Assembly: GCF_009914755.1 (NCBI RefSeq)
Contig: NC_060930.1
Strand: one strand, 5' to 3'
DNA length: 64,000 nt
From: the human T2T-CHM13v2.0 reference genome, Homo sapiens
Under the pieces are notes generated by a model. The model saw only the letters and a list, made by a program, of their open reading frames with translations. It did not search any database and was not told the DNA's origin. Positions 52,749 through 64,000 of this stretch are shown here, one piece after another. The position numbers and the translations under genes were made by a program. The stretch's first letter is position 1; every line of letters begins with the position of its first letter.

Positions 52749-54916
52749 TCACCTCATTCAACTCAGTGTCTGAGACCAAATGCATTGTCTTTACCCCCAA
52801 GCCAAAGCTTGGTATCTGTTCAATTCCATCAGTGGCATCTCTCAGTCACTCAGGAGGAAAAAAACCCTCCGAATTATTTTTAAATAAATTTAATTTAAAA
52901 ATTATTTATTAAATTATTTAAAAATAATTATTGAAAAAAGGCAGAAGCTTATAGAGTAACAAGTAAAAATGTCTTCCCCTCCCCGCTGCAACTCTCCATC
53001 TCACTCCTCAGGAGCAATCACTGTTAACAGTTTGATGTGTACGATTAAAGACTTTTTTCTACGCACTAACCAAGACATATTTTCTTGTTATTATCTTTGG
53101 CCTTACTCTTGCCTTCCTTCTAATATCCAGTCATCAACTCCCACTAATTTTTCCTTTATGTTTTTCATGTCTGTCCAATCTTTTTAGACCCCACCCCAAA
53201 TTCTTATCACCTTAAACTTAGAATATCAGCTCTGCATAGAGAAATAGCAAGCGGGTTTGGAACCGATGACTCAGGTTTAACTCTTGGTTTCTCCACTTAG
53301 GCAAATGACACCTTCTTTGTGCCTCAGTTTCTTTATCTGCTCAAAAGGGATAACAATATCTACCGTTTGAGGTTGATGAAAATAAATAAAGGATCAGCAT
53401 GTAGTAGGTGCTTAAATAATGTCTGCAATTACTATTTTCTTTTAAGTGGCCTCAGGAACATCCACTTCAGTTCCCTCCGAGTTATATTGCATACCATGGT
53501 CAGATTAATCTTTCTTAAAACACTGCCTTTATTGTGACAGTCCCTTGCTCAAAATCCTGAAAGGCTTCCTAACGTTTATAGTACAATGAGAAACAGTCTT
53601 TACCTCACTCATCAACTCCAGTTGATTGGTAGTGCCTGCCTGAGAGGTGCCACTGGGCCTGGTGGCAGAGAAGGCAAGGTTAGATTAGCAATGTCTTTAC
53701 AGGAGCACAGGTAAAGTAGCAGCAACTGCAGCCTATAGCACAAAGTCCAGCATTACTTCACCTCCTCTACCTCCCTAGAGGATGCCTTTCTTATTGGTGT
53801 CTTTCTCTCCCTGTGGACTGCTTTCCTCCTGATCTGCCACATACACCACAGACCCTCTGCCAGTGGAACTCTCCCTCCAGATATTGCCACAGCTGGCTCA
53901 CTTTCCAGCATCCAGCGCTCAAATGCTACCCCTGCAGAGGCCAAGCATTCTCCATCATGTTGCTGTTTATTTCCTTCACAGCACTTCATCTCTGTCTGAA
54001 GGGATCCTGTTTATTTACTCAGTTTCATGTTCATCGTCCTTCTCTGCCACAGACAATGTCTGAGCCCCCGAAGATAGGAACTTCCTCTTGTTCAGCAGCC
54101 TGTCCCTAGAGCCTAGACCATGGGCTGGCACCAGTAGGAGCTCAGGGTCTTGCTTCTTACAGTTCTCTTGCATAGTGGGTGCTTCTCTGATGACTGAATC
54201 GGGACTTCCCAAGCAGAGAGTGACTTGAAGCCAGTCTAGGTATCGGCCACATGTAGTCCAGACTGGCATATAGAATGTGCTCACTAAAACCTGGACTGGC
54301 TGATTGCTGAGGCCTTCAGCGGGAATTTTACAAAAGCACTTGGGCATGTGAATTGCACAACAGGTGCTCAAAGGCTATAGGCCACGCCTGTGTCCAACCT
54401 GTCTCATTATAGACTACTTTACATGCACTCTTGCTGGCGATTTCTCTCTGGACCTTCTCCTTGGTAATTTTCCTAAAATCACATGTTCCCAAAGCCACCC
54501 TGGTGATGTACTAGTTATCTGGGCCGTTTGCTTCTTGACTGCAGTATTATGGTTGTCTATTTTCTGTCTTAGCATCATGTGTCTGCCAGAATGAAAGCCC
54601 CTAAAGGGCTTAGAATGTTGAAGTCCACTCTGGAAATGAATAACATGGCCCTCAGAGAATCATGCAAAACAGAAGCAATCGGTGAGACGGAGCTCAATCT
54701 TTTTTTTTGCCAATGTGGATGGATTTCCAAGGAATAAATGATTAAAGATTATTAATTTTCCTGTGTTTGAATATATTTTCATTAGTCTTTTTCTACTTCC
54801 AGACATATTGTTTTCATTGAAGTTTTTTGTTGTTAATTTATGTCTGAGATCACATAACATAAACACTGAGGAGCACATTATGAAAGAAAAAAAGATTTCA
54901 TATTCTACCACCCTAA

Positions 54917-55390
<474 letters not shown>

Positions 55391-55755
55391 TATATATGCA
55401 TATTTTTCACGTAGTGATAATCAGGCTTGCTTAAGAAAAACATTTTTACTGCTAAGTCCAATAATAATAAATGTAAGAAAGCACCAAATATTCTTAGTTT
55501 TTATAATAATATGTTTCTTTTTTCAGATGCCTGATTTTAATTACCAGGTCTTGAGAAAAATTCAGAGGTATAAAATATCAGGGGAAAAAAAAAGAATAGA
55601 AATGCCTGGTAAAGGATGCCTATACCTTTACAGAAAGACATCTACTCGTTCCTACTTTAAATAGGTTCCCATGGGTTGCAAAAAATAAAATGCTTCCCTT
55701 TGTCCCAACTCCCATAGAATTGGCTTTCATGGGCTTCGAATACCCAAACTATATA

Positions 55756-56399
55756 CAGTCAACTCTCATTATTTGCAGATTTTGTATTTGCAAATTTATC
55801 TACTCACTAAACTTTATAACCCCCAAATCAACACTCATGAAGCATTTGCAGTCATCTGCAGACATGCACAGATGCAGAGCAGCACATTCGAGTCACCTAA
55901 TATGCACATTCCCAGCTGAGGTTGAACAAGGTGACACTTTGCCTTCTTGTCGCAGCACTCATGCTGTAAACAAGTGACTTTCCGCAGTCTATTCAAAGCC
56001 ATGTTTTTTTCCTCTTTATGTATTTTGTTAGTGATTTCACCATTTACAATGACCTCCGAGTGTAGTGCGGAGGTGCATCTCATGTTCCTAAGTGCAAGAA
56101 GGCTGTGATATACCTTGTGGAGAAAATCCATGGGCTAGATAAGCTTCCTTCGGGCATGAATGGTGCTGTTGGCTGTGAGTTCTATGTTAACAAAATCAAC
56201 AATATGTATAAAATTAGGGATCTTTAAACAGAAACACACATGGCACAAGGTTATATATTGATCAGTTGATGAAAATGTTGTGACCAGGGCTCTCAGGAAC
56301 TTAACCATATGTTTCCCTGGAGTGATGGTTCAGAATTTGTTAATTCAGTGTCCCAAGTGAGTTTATAGAATAACCACCACGAATAATGAGAAGCAACGG
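55756..56399. mobile_element. MER82 (TcMar-Tigger family) non-autonomous DNA transposon
   Basis: Degenerate TIRs TA-cagtcaactctcattattt / gaataatgagaagcaacgg; internal ttcccagctgaggttgaacaagg matches the recalled consensus. Confidence 0.75.
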
Positions 56400-56794
56400 C
56401 ACAAACTTTGTGTACACAGGCATTTTTTGAGAGAGAGAGAGAGCTATAATATTTATCAAATTCTCAAGGGGGTAACTGAAAAATGTTCAACCATTACTTC
56501 AGAACTTCTATTATGAGACAAATAGTGCTGGTCCTCTTGAGAAACCAAGGGAGTGGGCTCAGCTCAGTGACTGTCTGGATCAGCCCAGAAACAATGCAGG
56601 CTGCCATCTTGATCTGTGCTTTTCCCCAGGGACATGAGCAAGGGCACTTCTAGGCCAAGCAAAATCAATCGTGTTTCATAGATTTGGATTTAGAGGGCGC
56701 TCTAAACCAGCTCAGAGGAATGGTATGTTTTAGAATCCTAGGGAAATTGAGTACTCCAATCATCACTTCAGTCAGCTAGGAAAGATACCCTTTT

Positions 56795-57083
56795 GGCAGG
56801 GTGCGGTGGCTCACGCCTGTAATCCCAGCACTTTGGGAGGTCGATCACAAGGTCCGGAGTTCAAGACCAGCCTGGCCAATATGGTGAAACCCTGTCTCTA
56901 CTAAAAAATACAAAAATTAGCCAGGTGTAGTGGCATGTGCTTGTAGTCCCAGCTACTTGGGAGGCTGAGGCAGGAGAGTCGCTGGAACCAGGGAGGCGGA
57001 GTTGCAGTGAGCCGAGATTGTGCCACACTCCAGCCTGGGCAACAGAGCGAGACTCTGTCTCAAAAAAATAAATAAATAAAAAA
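56795..57083 (+). mobile_element. AluS with left-arm deletion
   Basis: Alu dimer; TSD aaagata(c/t)cctttt. Confidence 0.9.
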
Positions 57084-57134
57084 GATATCCTTTTAATAAA
57101 GAAAAAAAAACAACACATAAAACTTAAGAGTGTA

Positions 57135-57360
57135 ATAATAGCTGCTGTTCATTGAATGCTTACCAGGAACTAGTATGATCATAAGGAACTCTTACAATCA
57201 CCCTGAGAGGGAGGGCATGGCAAGCCCTAATTAATGGATGAAGAAACTAAGGCTCAAAGAGGTCAAGCCACTTTTCCAGGCAACATGGCTACGGTGGGAG
57301 GTGGGGCTGAGGTCAGAGCTCGGGTCTGCATGACTTCAAAGGCTCTACTCCTAACCACTA
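57135..57360 (-). mobile_element. MIR
   Basis: atggatgaagaaactaaggctcaaagaggtcaag core. Confidence 0.65.
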
Positions 57361-59009
57361 GACTAAACTTAAGCTGCACAGGCAGGGCGATGACTGGCTC
57401 TTCACCTTGGCTCTCCACCCAAGTCCTTTAACCATTGGGAGTGTGTTCAAGGTGATTCACTTAACTAACATCTGTTCTACGTACCCTTCTCAGAAGCCCA
57501 TCGGCTAAGGTGGAGAGAGCTGACTGTACACTCCAGGGTGATGAACTCTAATTCTTTGGCTCTTCTTATATCTTAGCAGGTGGCAAATTCTAGGAGTTCC
57601 TAAAAATAGGTTGCAAATTCTAGGAGCTTCTAAAAATAGTGCTGGGACTTCAGCTTTGCTAGAGAAGGGATTATTCTGACCTTTCGTCTCAGGGGCCCCC
57701 CGCCCCGCATCCTGAGGGTGACAATTTCACTGCTTTGCATGACATTTGGTTTCTCTCACATGTGGCTGGTCGGATTATACTTTACAGGAAGTCAGAGAGA
57801 ACCTCTAACCTCTGCCTGGGCTATTTATTGCTTTTCATTCTCTTTCTCTTCTACTCCTCACCCTCCCCTTGACTTCTTAAGTCTTTGAGACGCTTTTGAA
57901 ACCCCCTACTAGTAGCCACATTTAGGGTGTGCTGGTGTACTGAGGAGGGAAGGGTGGTCAGGTGACAAGGGCCTGACCTGCTCACTCAGCCTGGTATCAC
58001 TGTCTGCTCTTCCCCCCACTTCAGAAGTAGAATCACCCCATGATCAAGTCCCAGCTCTTTGAGGGAGGTGCTGCCTTGAAGAAAGTCACTTAATAGTACC
58101 ATGCCTCCCTGTCCAATCTATAAAAATGAGGCGATCACACTTACCTACCAGGCAGAGGTGTTGTGAGGATTAATTATAGCCCTCAGGGCTTTGAGAGACG
58201 GCCAGATGAAAGGCTTTCTATAGCTAAGTTCCATCCTGGGCATGACTCTTCAGCTCTCAGCTTCCCTGCCAGTCACACTCTTCCAAAGTCACTCCTCAGG
58301 GGAGAGGAATGGCCTCACGTTGATGAGGTAGGATGTAAAATAGGACCAATATGCAGAACTGAGTCCAAAAGCCTTAATGTGGATTACTGAGAGCTGCACT
58401 CTCTGTGAATAGGAAGTGCAAGTTCAATGCGTAGTTGGTGGGGTCCTTGGAGGCACAGCAAGGTGAAGCCAAACAAAGGCACAATTGCCCACACCAGACC
58501 TTTCCTGTGGGTGGGAAGGGTTGCAGAAAGCCTTTTGTTCCAGCATCTATGCCTTTATGCTTATAAAGTTAGAAGGACTCAAGCAGCATGTGTAAGTGGA
58601 TTTGGATGGAAGTGGAAATGGTGTTGAGGAGTTCAAATTACGGGCAGCTAAAGCAACTAAACCAGTCTCTCTGCCTGCTAAGAATCCCTGGCTTTCTCCA
58701 TCCTGAGCTGGGGGTGGCAGGGTCACACACAGACACGCACATACATCCTGCCCTTCCAGCAGCAAATCTCCTCTGGGTGCTTCCTTTCTTGCACCAAGGG
58801 GACTGTCCCTGGCAACAAATGCCCAACCAGAACTCAAAATGCAGAAAAGCAGCACCAGCACTCCTGCCTTCCTAACATCTCTTAAGCAATTCTTTCAGGC
58901 TTACAAGAGATCCTGAAATATTTTCTGTTTCCATTTGGCCCTCTGACTGACTGAGAGGGTTGATGCCATTAGAGAGATTCCAATGGGATTATGGTCCCTA
59001 AATACCAGA

Positions 59010-59205
59010 GGTGGGAAGCATGAGCTTTGGAGCCAGGAAGACCATTCAAATCCCAGGCCTATCGTGCTCTAGCTGTGTGTCCTTGGACAAGCCACTTAAC
59101 CTCTCTGTGCCTTAGTTTCCTCTTCTGTAAAATTGAGCTCCTATGTGGATATAAGAGTGAAATGAGAGACTGTATGTAATAGGGCCTGGCACAGAAAGCA
59201 CACAA
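59010..59205 (+). mobile_element. MIR
   Basis: tagctgtgtgtccttggacaagccacttaacctctctgtgccttagtttcctcttctgtaaaa. Confidence 0.75.
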
Positions 59206-60287
59206 TTCACATTAGCTATGCTGAGAAAGGCAGAGTGGGAGGTAGGTGACAGGTGAGGATTCTAGTCTGGGGAGGCTAATTTTCTTTTCTTTTTTAAATC
59301 TCTGCGCCATGTGAATTATGCTATCCCCATGCCAGAAAACCCCAAAGAGGGTTTTGGCTGTGCTGGAGCACACCCGGTTCACTTTCCCCTCGACCAGTGG
59401 GTCTGGCACATCTGGCTGGGTCCGCCTGGCCGGTGGTATTTCACCCCGGATGCTGTCTTTCCTCTGCTTTCTCTACACCCTAGAATTCTTCAGGAATAAA
59501 GTATCTCCTCACAAGAAAGTGAAAAGAATCAAATTTCCTGGCTCTGCTACCTCACCTTGCCCCTGTGAGCCGGGCGGTGGCCCCACTGTGCCAGCGCAGC
59601 AGTGGGAGCCCCAGGGGCTGCTCTGAACTGCCTGGGAGGGGTAAGAGAGGGCGGAACGCGGGGCCGTGCCTGGGGCTGCTCTGCTGCAGGGTTCCACTCC
59701 AGGCCACGGTAGCATTGTGGATGCGCGTTTGAACTTTGATGTATTTTGAAGCTGCAATTTTCAAATGTAACCACACCATAAACTTACTACTTAAAAAAAG
59801 AAATCTCACAGCACCTAGGCCACAGCACTAGGCCGCAGATCTTAGTCAAAAGAATGCACAGTGTGTGGTGTTAGCAGGGACACGGCAAGATTTCATGGTC
59901 ACTGAGAAGCCCTTGAAATGGGTTCTGAGGCAATGAAGGTTGTCCTCACAGCAGCAGTGGTCCCCCACCAAGAGAGGCTGTTCCCCCACCCTCCCATCCC
60001 CCTGGCTGTAGGCTCAGGCCAACCATCCCTCCCACCCCCAGGCCCCACAGCTTCACTCTTAGGGGTTTAGACCTAGAACAAAATTGTAGATCTGTTGAAA
60101 TATTCCTTTTTGGGGACTAAAATGGGAGAAGACAACCAGCAATGTCTAAACCTTCAAGTGAGTCCCCAGTGAAAGACTATCGATCCAAGAGAGAGTTTTG
60201 GGAAGAGAAATGCAGTGCCCCATACTTATATAAATGCTCACATGTTATATGTACATGTGAGCCTCAGATAGGCAGATTGGTAGATAG

Positions 60288-60881
<594 letters not shown>

Positions 60882-62524
60882 TGACCAGTAATTGGACTTT
60901 TCTGGCCCACAGTTTCATCATCTGTGGAGGGGGGATATTACACAGACGGATTCTAGGGTCTTATCGGCCCAAGCATTTGAGAGAGTGTCAGATTCCAGGA
61001 TAACAAGCCTGAAACAAGACATGGAGAACTCCTCAATGCTAGCCAGTGGCTAAAGGAGCTTCAGGTCAGATGTCCATGCAGAGACCATGGGGTTTCTGAA
61101 AGTGTCTGCTTTGCTAGAACATATTAAGAAGCTGTTTAACGTATCTTTGCACATCCTGCCAGGTGTCTGGAGTCTGTTGCAGTCACCTCATATGTCAGAG
61201 GGCACTGTTCAGCCCGGGGCTCGGGCGAGCTGGAGTGAACTCTGGCCTTGCCACTAGATTCTAGAGCCCCTGGGGCCTTATACAAGGCTCATCATGTCCC
61301 TGACCCTCAGGTTTCCCATCTGCAAAATGGGGAAAATAACATCTGCCTTCCCCAGCTGACAGAGTTGCTATATCAAAGGAACAAATATACATAGAGGCAT
61401 CTATAAGAAAATATCAAGCCCCCAAAACATGTAAAAGAGATCCTTGCAGAAGTGAATCCATCCTCATGGAATTTTACTAAATGAAAAGTGGGGCTTCATT
61501 TCAGGTTGCATGCTGTCCTCAGACAGAGATGGCAGTCTTATCACCATCAGCGAGCACTCAAGTAAACATCAGTGAACTTACTAAACAGGTGAATGGGAAA
61601 TAGAGAGGCAGTTTCAAACCCTGGCTTTCGGTAAATGTTAGCCTTACAGCCACAAAGTAGGCAGTGCTTTGACAGCAGGTGGGAGATGAGGAGAGAAGGT
61701 TTCCTGGCCCTTCACCTTGGTCACTGACTCAGTGTGAAACAGCGCCTGCAGGGAGGAGGGGAGTTCTCATCCTGGTTCTCAAATCAGCCTGCAGCCACAG
61801 TGGGAGCAGTGAGCCGAGTTCAGGGCTGAGGATGACTAAACAGCCTCCTCATCATTAATAACAATAATACTTGGCATTTATCTGGTTCTTTATGTTTTCA
61901 AAGTGCTTTACAATCATTAATTAGTTAACTAGCATGCACCACCACCCCGACGTCTGCCTGCTGTGCTGAGCAGACAAAAGAGCCCGGTGGGACCTGCCTG
62001 TCTGCCCGGGGATTGCAGAGCTGGGGGAAAGTGAAGGCTGGGGTGTGTGGGGAGGGGAGTCAGTATTAACATCAAGGACCAAATTCGGAAGGAGATAGTT
62101 ACAAGTCCGTGCCAATAGACATGGGTGTGCATGTTCCTTGAGAAAGGATGTCAGGCACACAGGCAGGGACCTGGTCAACCTTTGGAGAGCTGGCTTCCAT
62201 TCTGAGTGGGTAAGGATGCTGCCTTACAGGGGGCTTAGCATTCCCGTAAAAACTGACTGCTCTGGTCCCTGCCTAGAAAAGTAATATAGGACATTGGTTG
62301 CAACTGTGCCCTGAACAGCTGGCTTCAAACCATGGTAGAAGATAAATTCCCCTGCTCTTTGGAATGCTGGTGTATTTTTGGTGCTGTTTTTCTAAACTAT
62401 AGGGTTCTGCACACGGCTGAGATCCAAACCTGTTGGAACTGTTTGTCTAACTTGCACTGGATACATAGAGATTAAATTCACTGCAAAGGGTTAAACACAC
62501 GATGTCTCCTGGACACTCACTAGT

Positions 62525-62563
62525 GATGTTGATGCTGATGCTGATGCTGATGGAGATGGCGAT
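62525..62563. repeat. Degenerate (GATGCT)n hexamer repeat
   Basis: gatgttgatgctgatgctgatgctgatggagatggcgat. Confidence 0.8.
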
Positions 62564-63114
62564 TGGTCAACTGAGGTGAGCTTTCCCTCCTTCGCCTGTC
62601 TCCCAAGCTTTAAAATGGCAGGATACAATACAACTAAGCAATTTGGCCTAGGTGAGGTAGCAGAGCCCACAAACAAGTGTATTAAATGAAACTGGACATA
62701 CCGATTGTCACTACCTAGTTACATGGAAATCTGATAGCTATTGTACTTAGAGAGTAGAGAAACCAAAGTCATAAGCCAAATAAGTGACCAGAAGAAAGCG
62801 ATTAGTCATCTTTCTTCATGAGTGATCACAATGCCTCTGAAGCTTCTCCAGCTGCAACTTGCAATTTAGGGCCCTGTCTAATGACAGGGTGAGTTCCTCT
62901 TATTGATCTCCAGGCTTCTTGGGTAAATTAAATGGCAGGTACACAAAGAGGTGAGGGACAGGAGTGTGGCAGCAGCTTCAGAACTCTTGCTCTGTTAGCA
63001 TGAGGTTCTAACAAAGCCATAGGTACCTGGGCTGCCCCACATCCCCAGAGCCAAGGCTTTGGAGCCAGTTGCCTTCTCCGGGTGAGGCATGCACCCTCTG
63101 CTGAGTCACCTTGA

Positions 63115-63207
63115 TGTATGGCCCTCCTCATGGCTGTATCTGTCAGATCTCAGGAACTAAAAGCAAGAGGAGGGCTTGGTTTAAACTTGGCTGGAAGACC
63201 CAGGAAT
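63115..63207 (+). pseudogene. Highly degraded 5S rRNA-derived fragment
   Basis: gtcagatctcaggaactaaaagcaa...gggcttggtttaaacttggctggaagacc is colinear with 5S GTCTGATCTCGGAAGCTAAGCAGGGTCGGGCCTGGTTAGTACTTGGATGGGAGACC. Confidence 0.55.
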
Positions 63208-63309
63208 GATAATAATAATTAACACAGCTCAACTTCCACTTGCGCTATAAACAATAATTAATGTACACAGTGGCCCACTGAGACATCTAAGTTTGGATTA
63301 TGAGTCTTG

Positions 63310-63420
63310 TTTTGCAGACAGGGAAACTGAGGCCAGGAGGTTAACTGACTTGTAAAGGCCACACAGGGACTCAGTATTATACCTGAAATTAAAATCTGGG
63401 CTTCCCTGCCTTCTGATCTG
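63310..63420 (-). mobile_element. MIR fragment
   Basis: ttttgcagacagggaaactgaggccaggaggttaactgacttg. Confidence 0.65.
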
Positions 63421-64000
63421 AGACTTGGATCACATCTGTCTGTCAACAAAGACTTAAGAACAACAACAAAGTTATGCACACTCACCACAAAAGACATTTC
63501 TGCAGGAGTTCAGGAAAAAGTGATAGGTGAGGTGTGGCATTGGCCTCCCAGTCCAGACCAAGCCAATCACCCACTGCTAGTGGGCAAACTCTAAACCAGA
63601 CACGAATTGGCAGTGCTGTGTCTTATCTATGTGGCAAATAAAATATTCCTAATAACTGCAATTTAAATGTAAATGTAATCAGCCTGCTTCCTTCATTTCT
63701 TTGCCTCTTTCATTTTTGTGGTTTGATCTAAGGAGCTGGTAGGACTAGTTTACTGTCCAAACTATTTACACACTAAGAACTGAAGATGTTTTCCCCACGT
63801 CTCAAATACTACATAGCAATCAGCTTGCCTGTGTTTACCTTGTCCAATTGTTGTTTGAGTATTAAGACACTTGCATTAACTTAAATCTCCAAATATTGCT
63901 TGTACACTCATTTAAAACAGCTTCACTTGAACTATCACACTCATATTCTAATATATCTAATAATTCATAAATTCCAGCGTAAAATAAAATACAATTGCCA

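Overview
Human (primate) genomic DNA containing the complete PRDM1 (BLIMP-1/PRDI-BF1) gene on the + strand. It has a CpG-island promoter (~2.0-2.4 kb) and seven coding exons (2411-2452, 4058-4306, 11472-11591, 15157-15409, 20682-21790, 22228-22356, 22768-23343) that sum to 2478 nt = 825 aa + stop. Also present are the intron-3 alternative first exon for PRDM1-beta (MEK, 14943-14951; 691 aa) and a ~2.45-kb 3'UTR ending near 25800. The remaining ~38 kb is non-coding (by established knowledge the PRDM1-ATG5 intergenic region), with Alus, MIR/L2/L1 remnants, MER30/MER33/MER82 DNA transposons, microsatellites and immune-type TF motif clusters. No second protein-coding gene or clearly new system is supported. 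The most interesting observations are: parallel uORF architectures in both first exons; an apparent remnant of the rodent-type N-terminal exon; a cryptic 5'UTR donor/acceptor pair; inverted Alus flanking the in-frame PR-domain exon 3; and a degraded 5S-rRNA-like fragment beside a perfect MARE/ARE. Repeat boundaries are approximate, and comparisons with mouse, repeat consensus sequences and SNPs are from memory and need checking.
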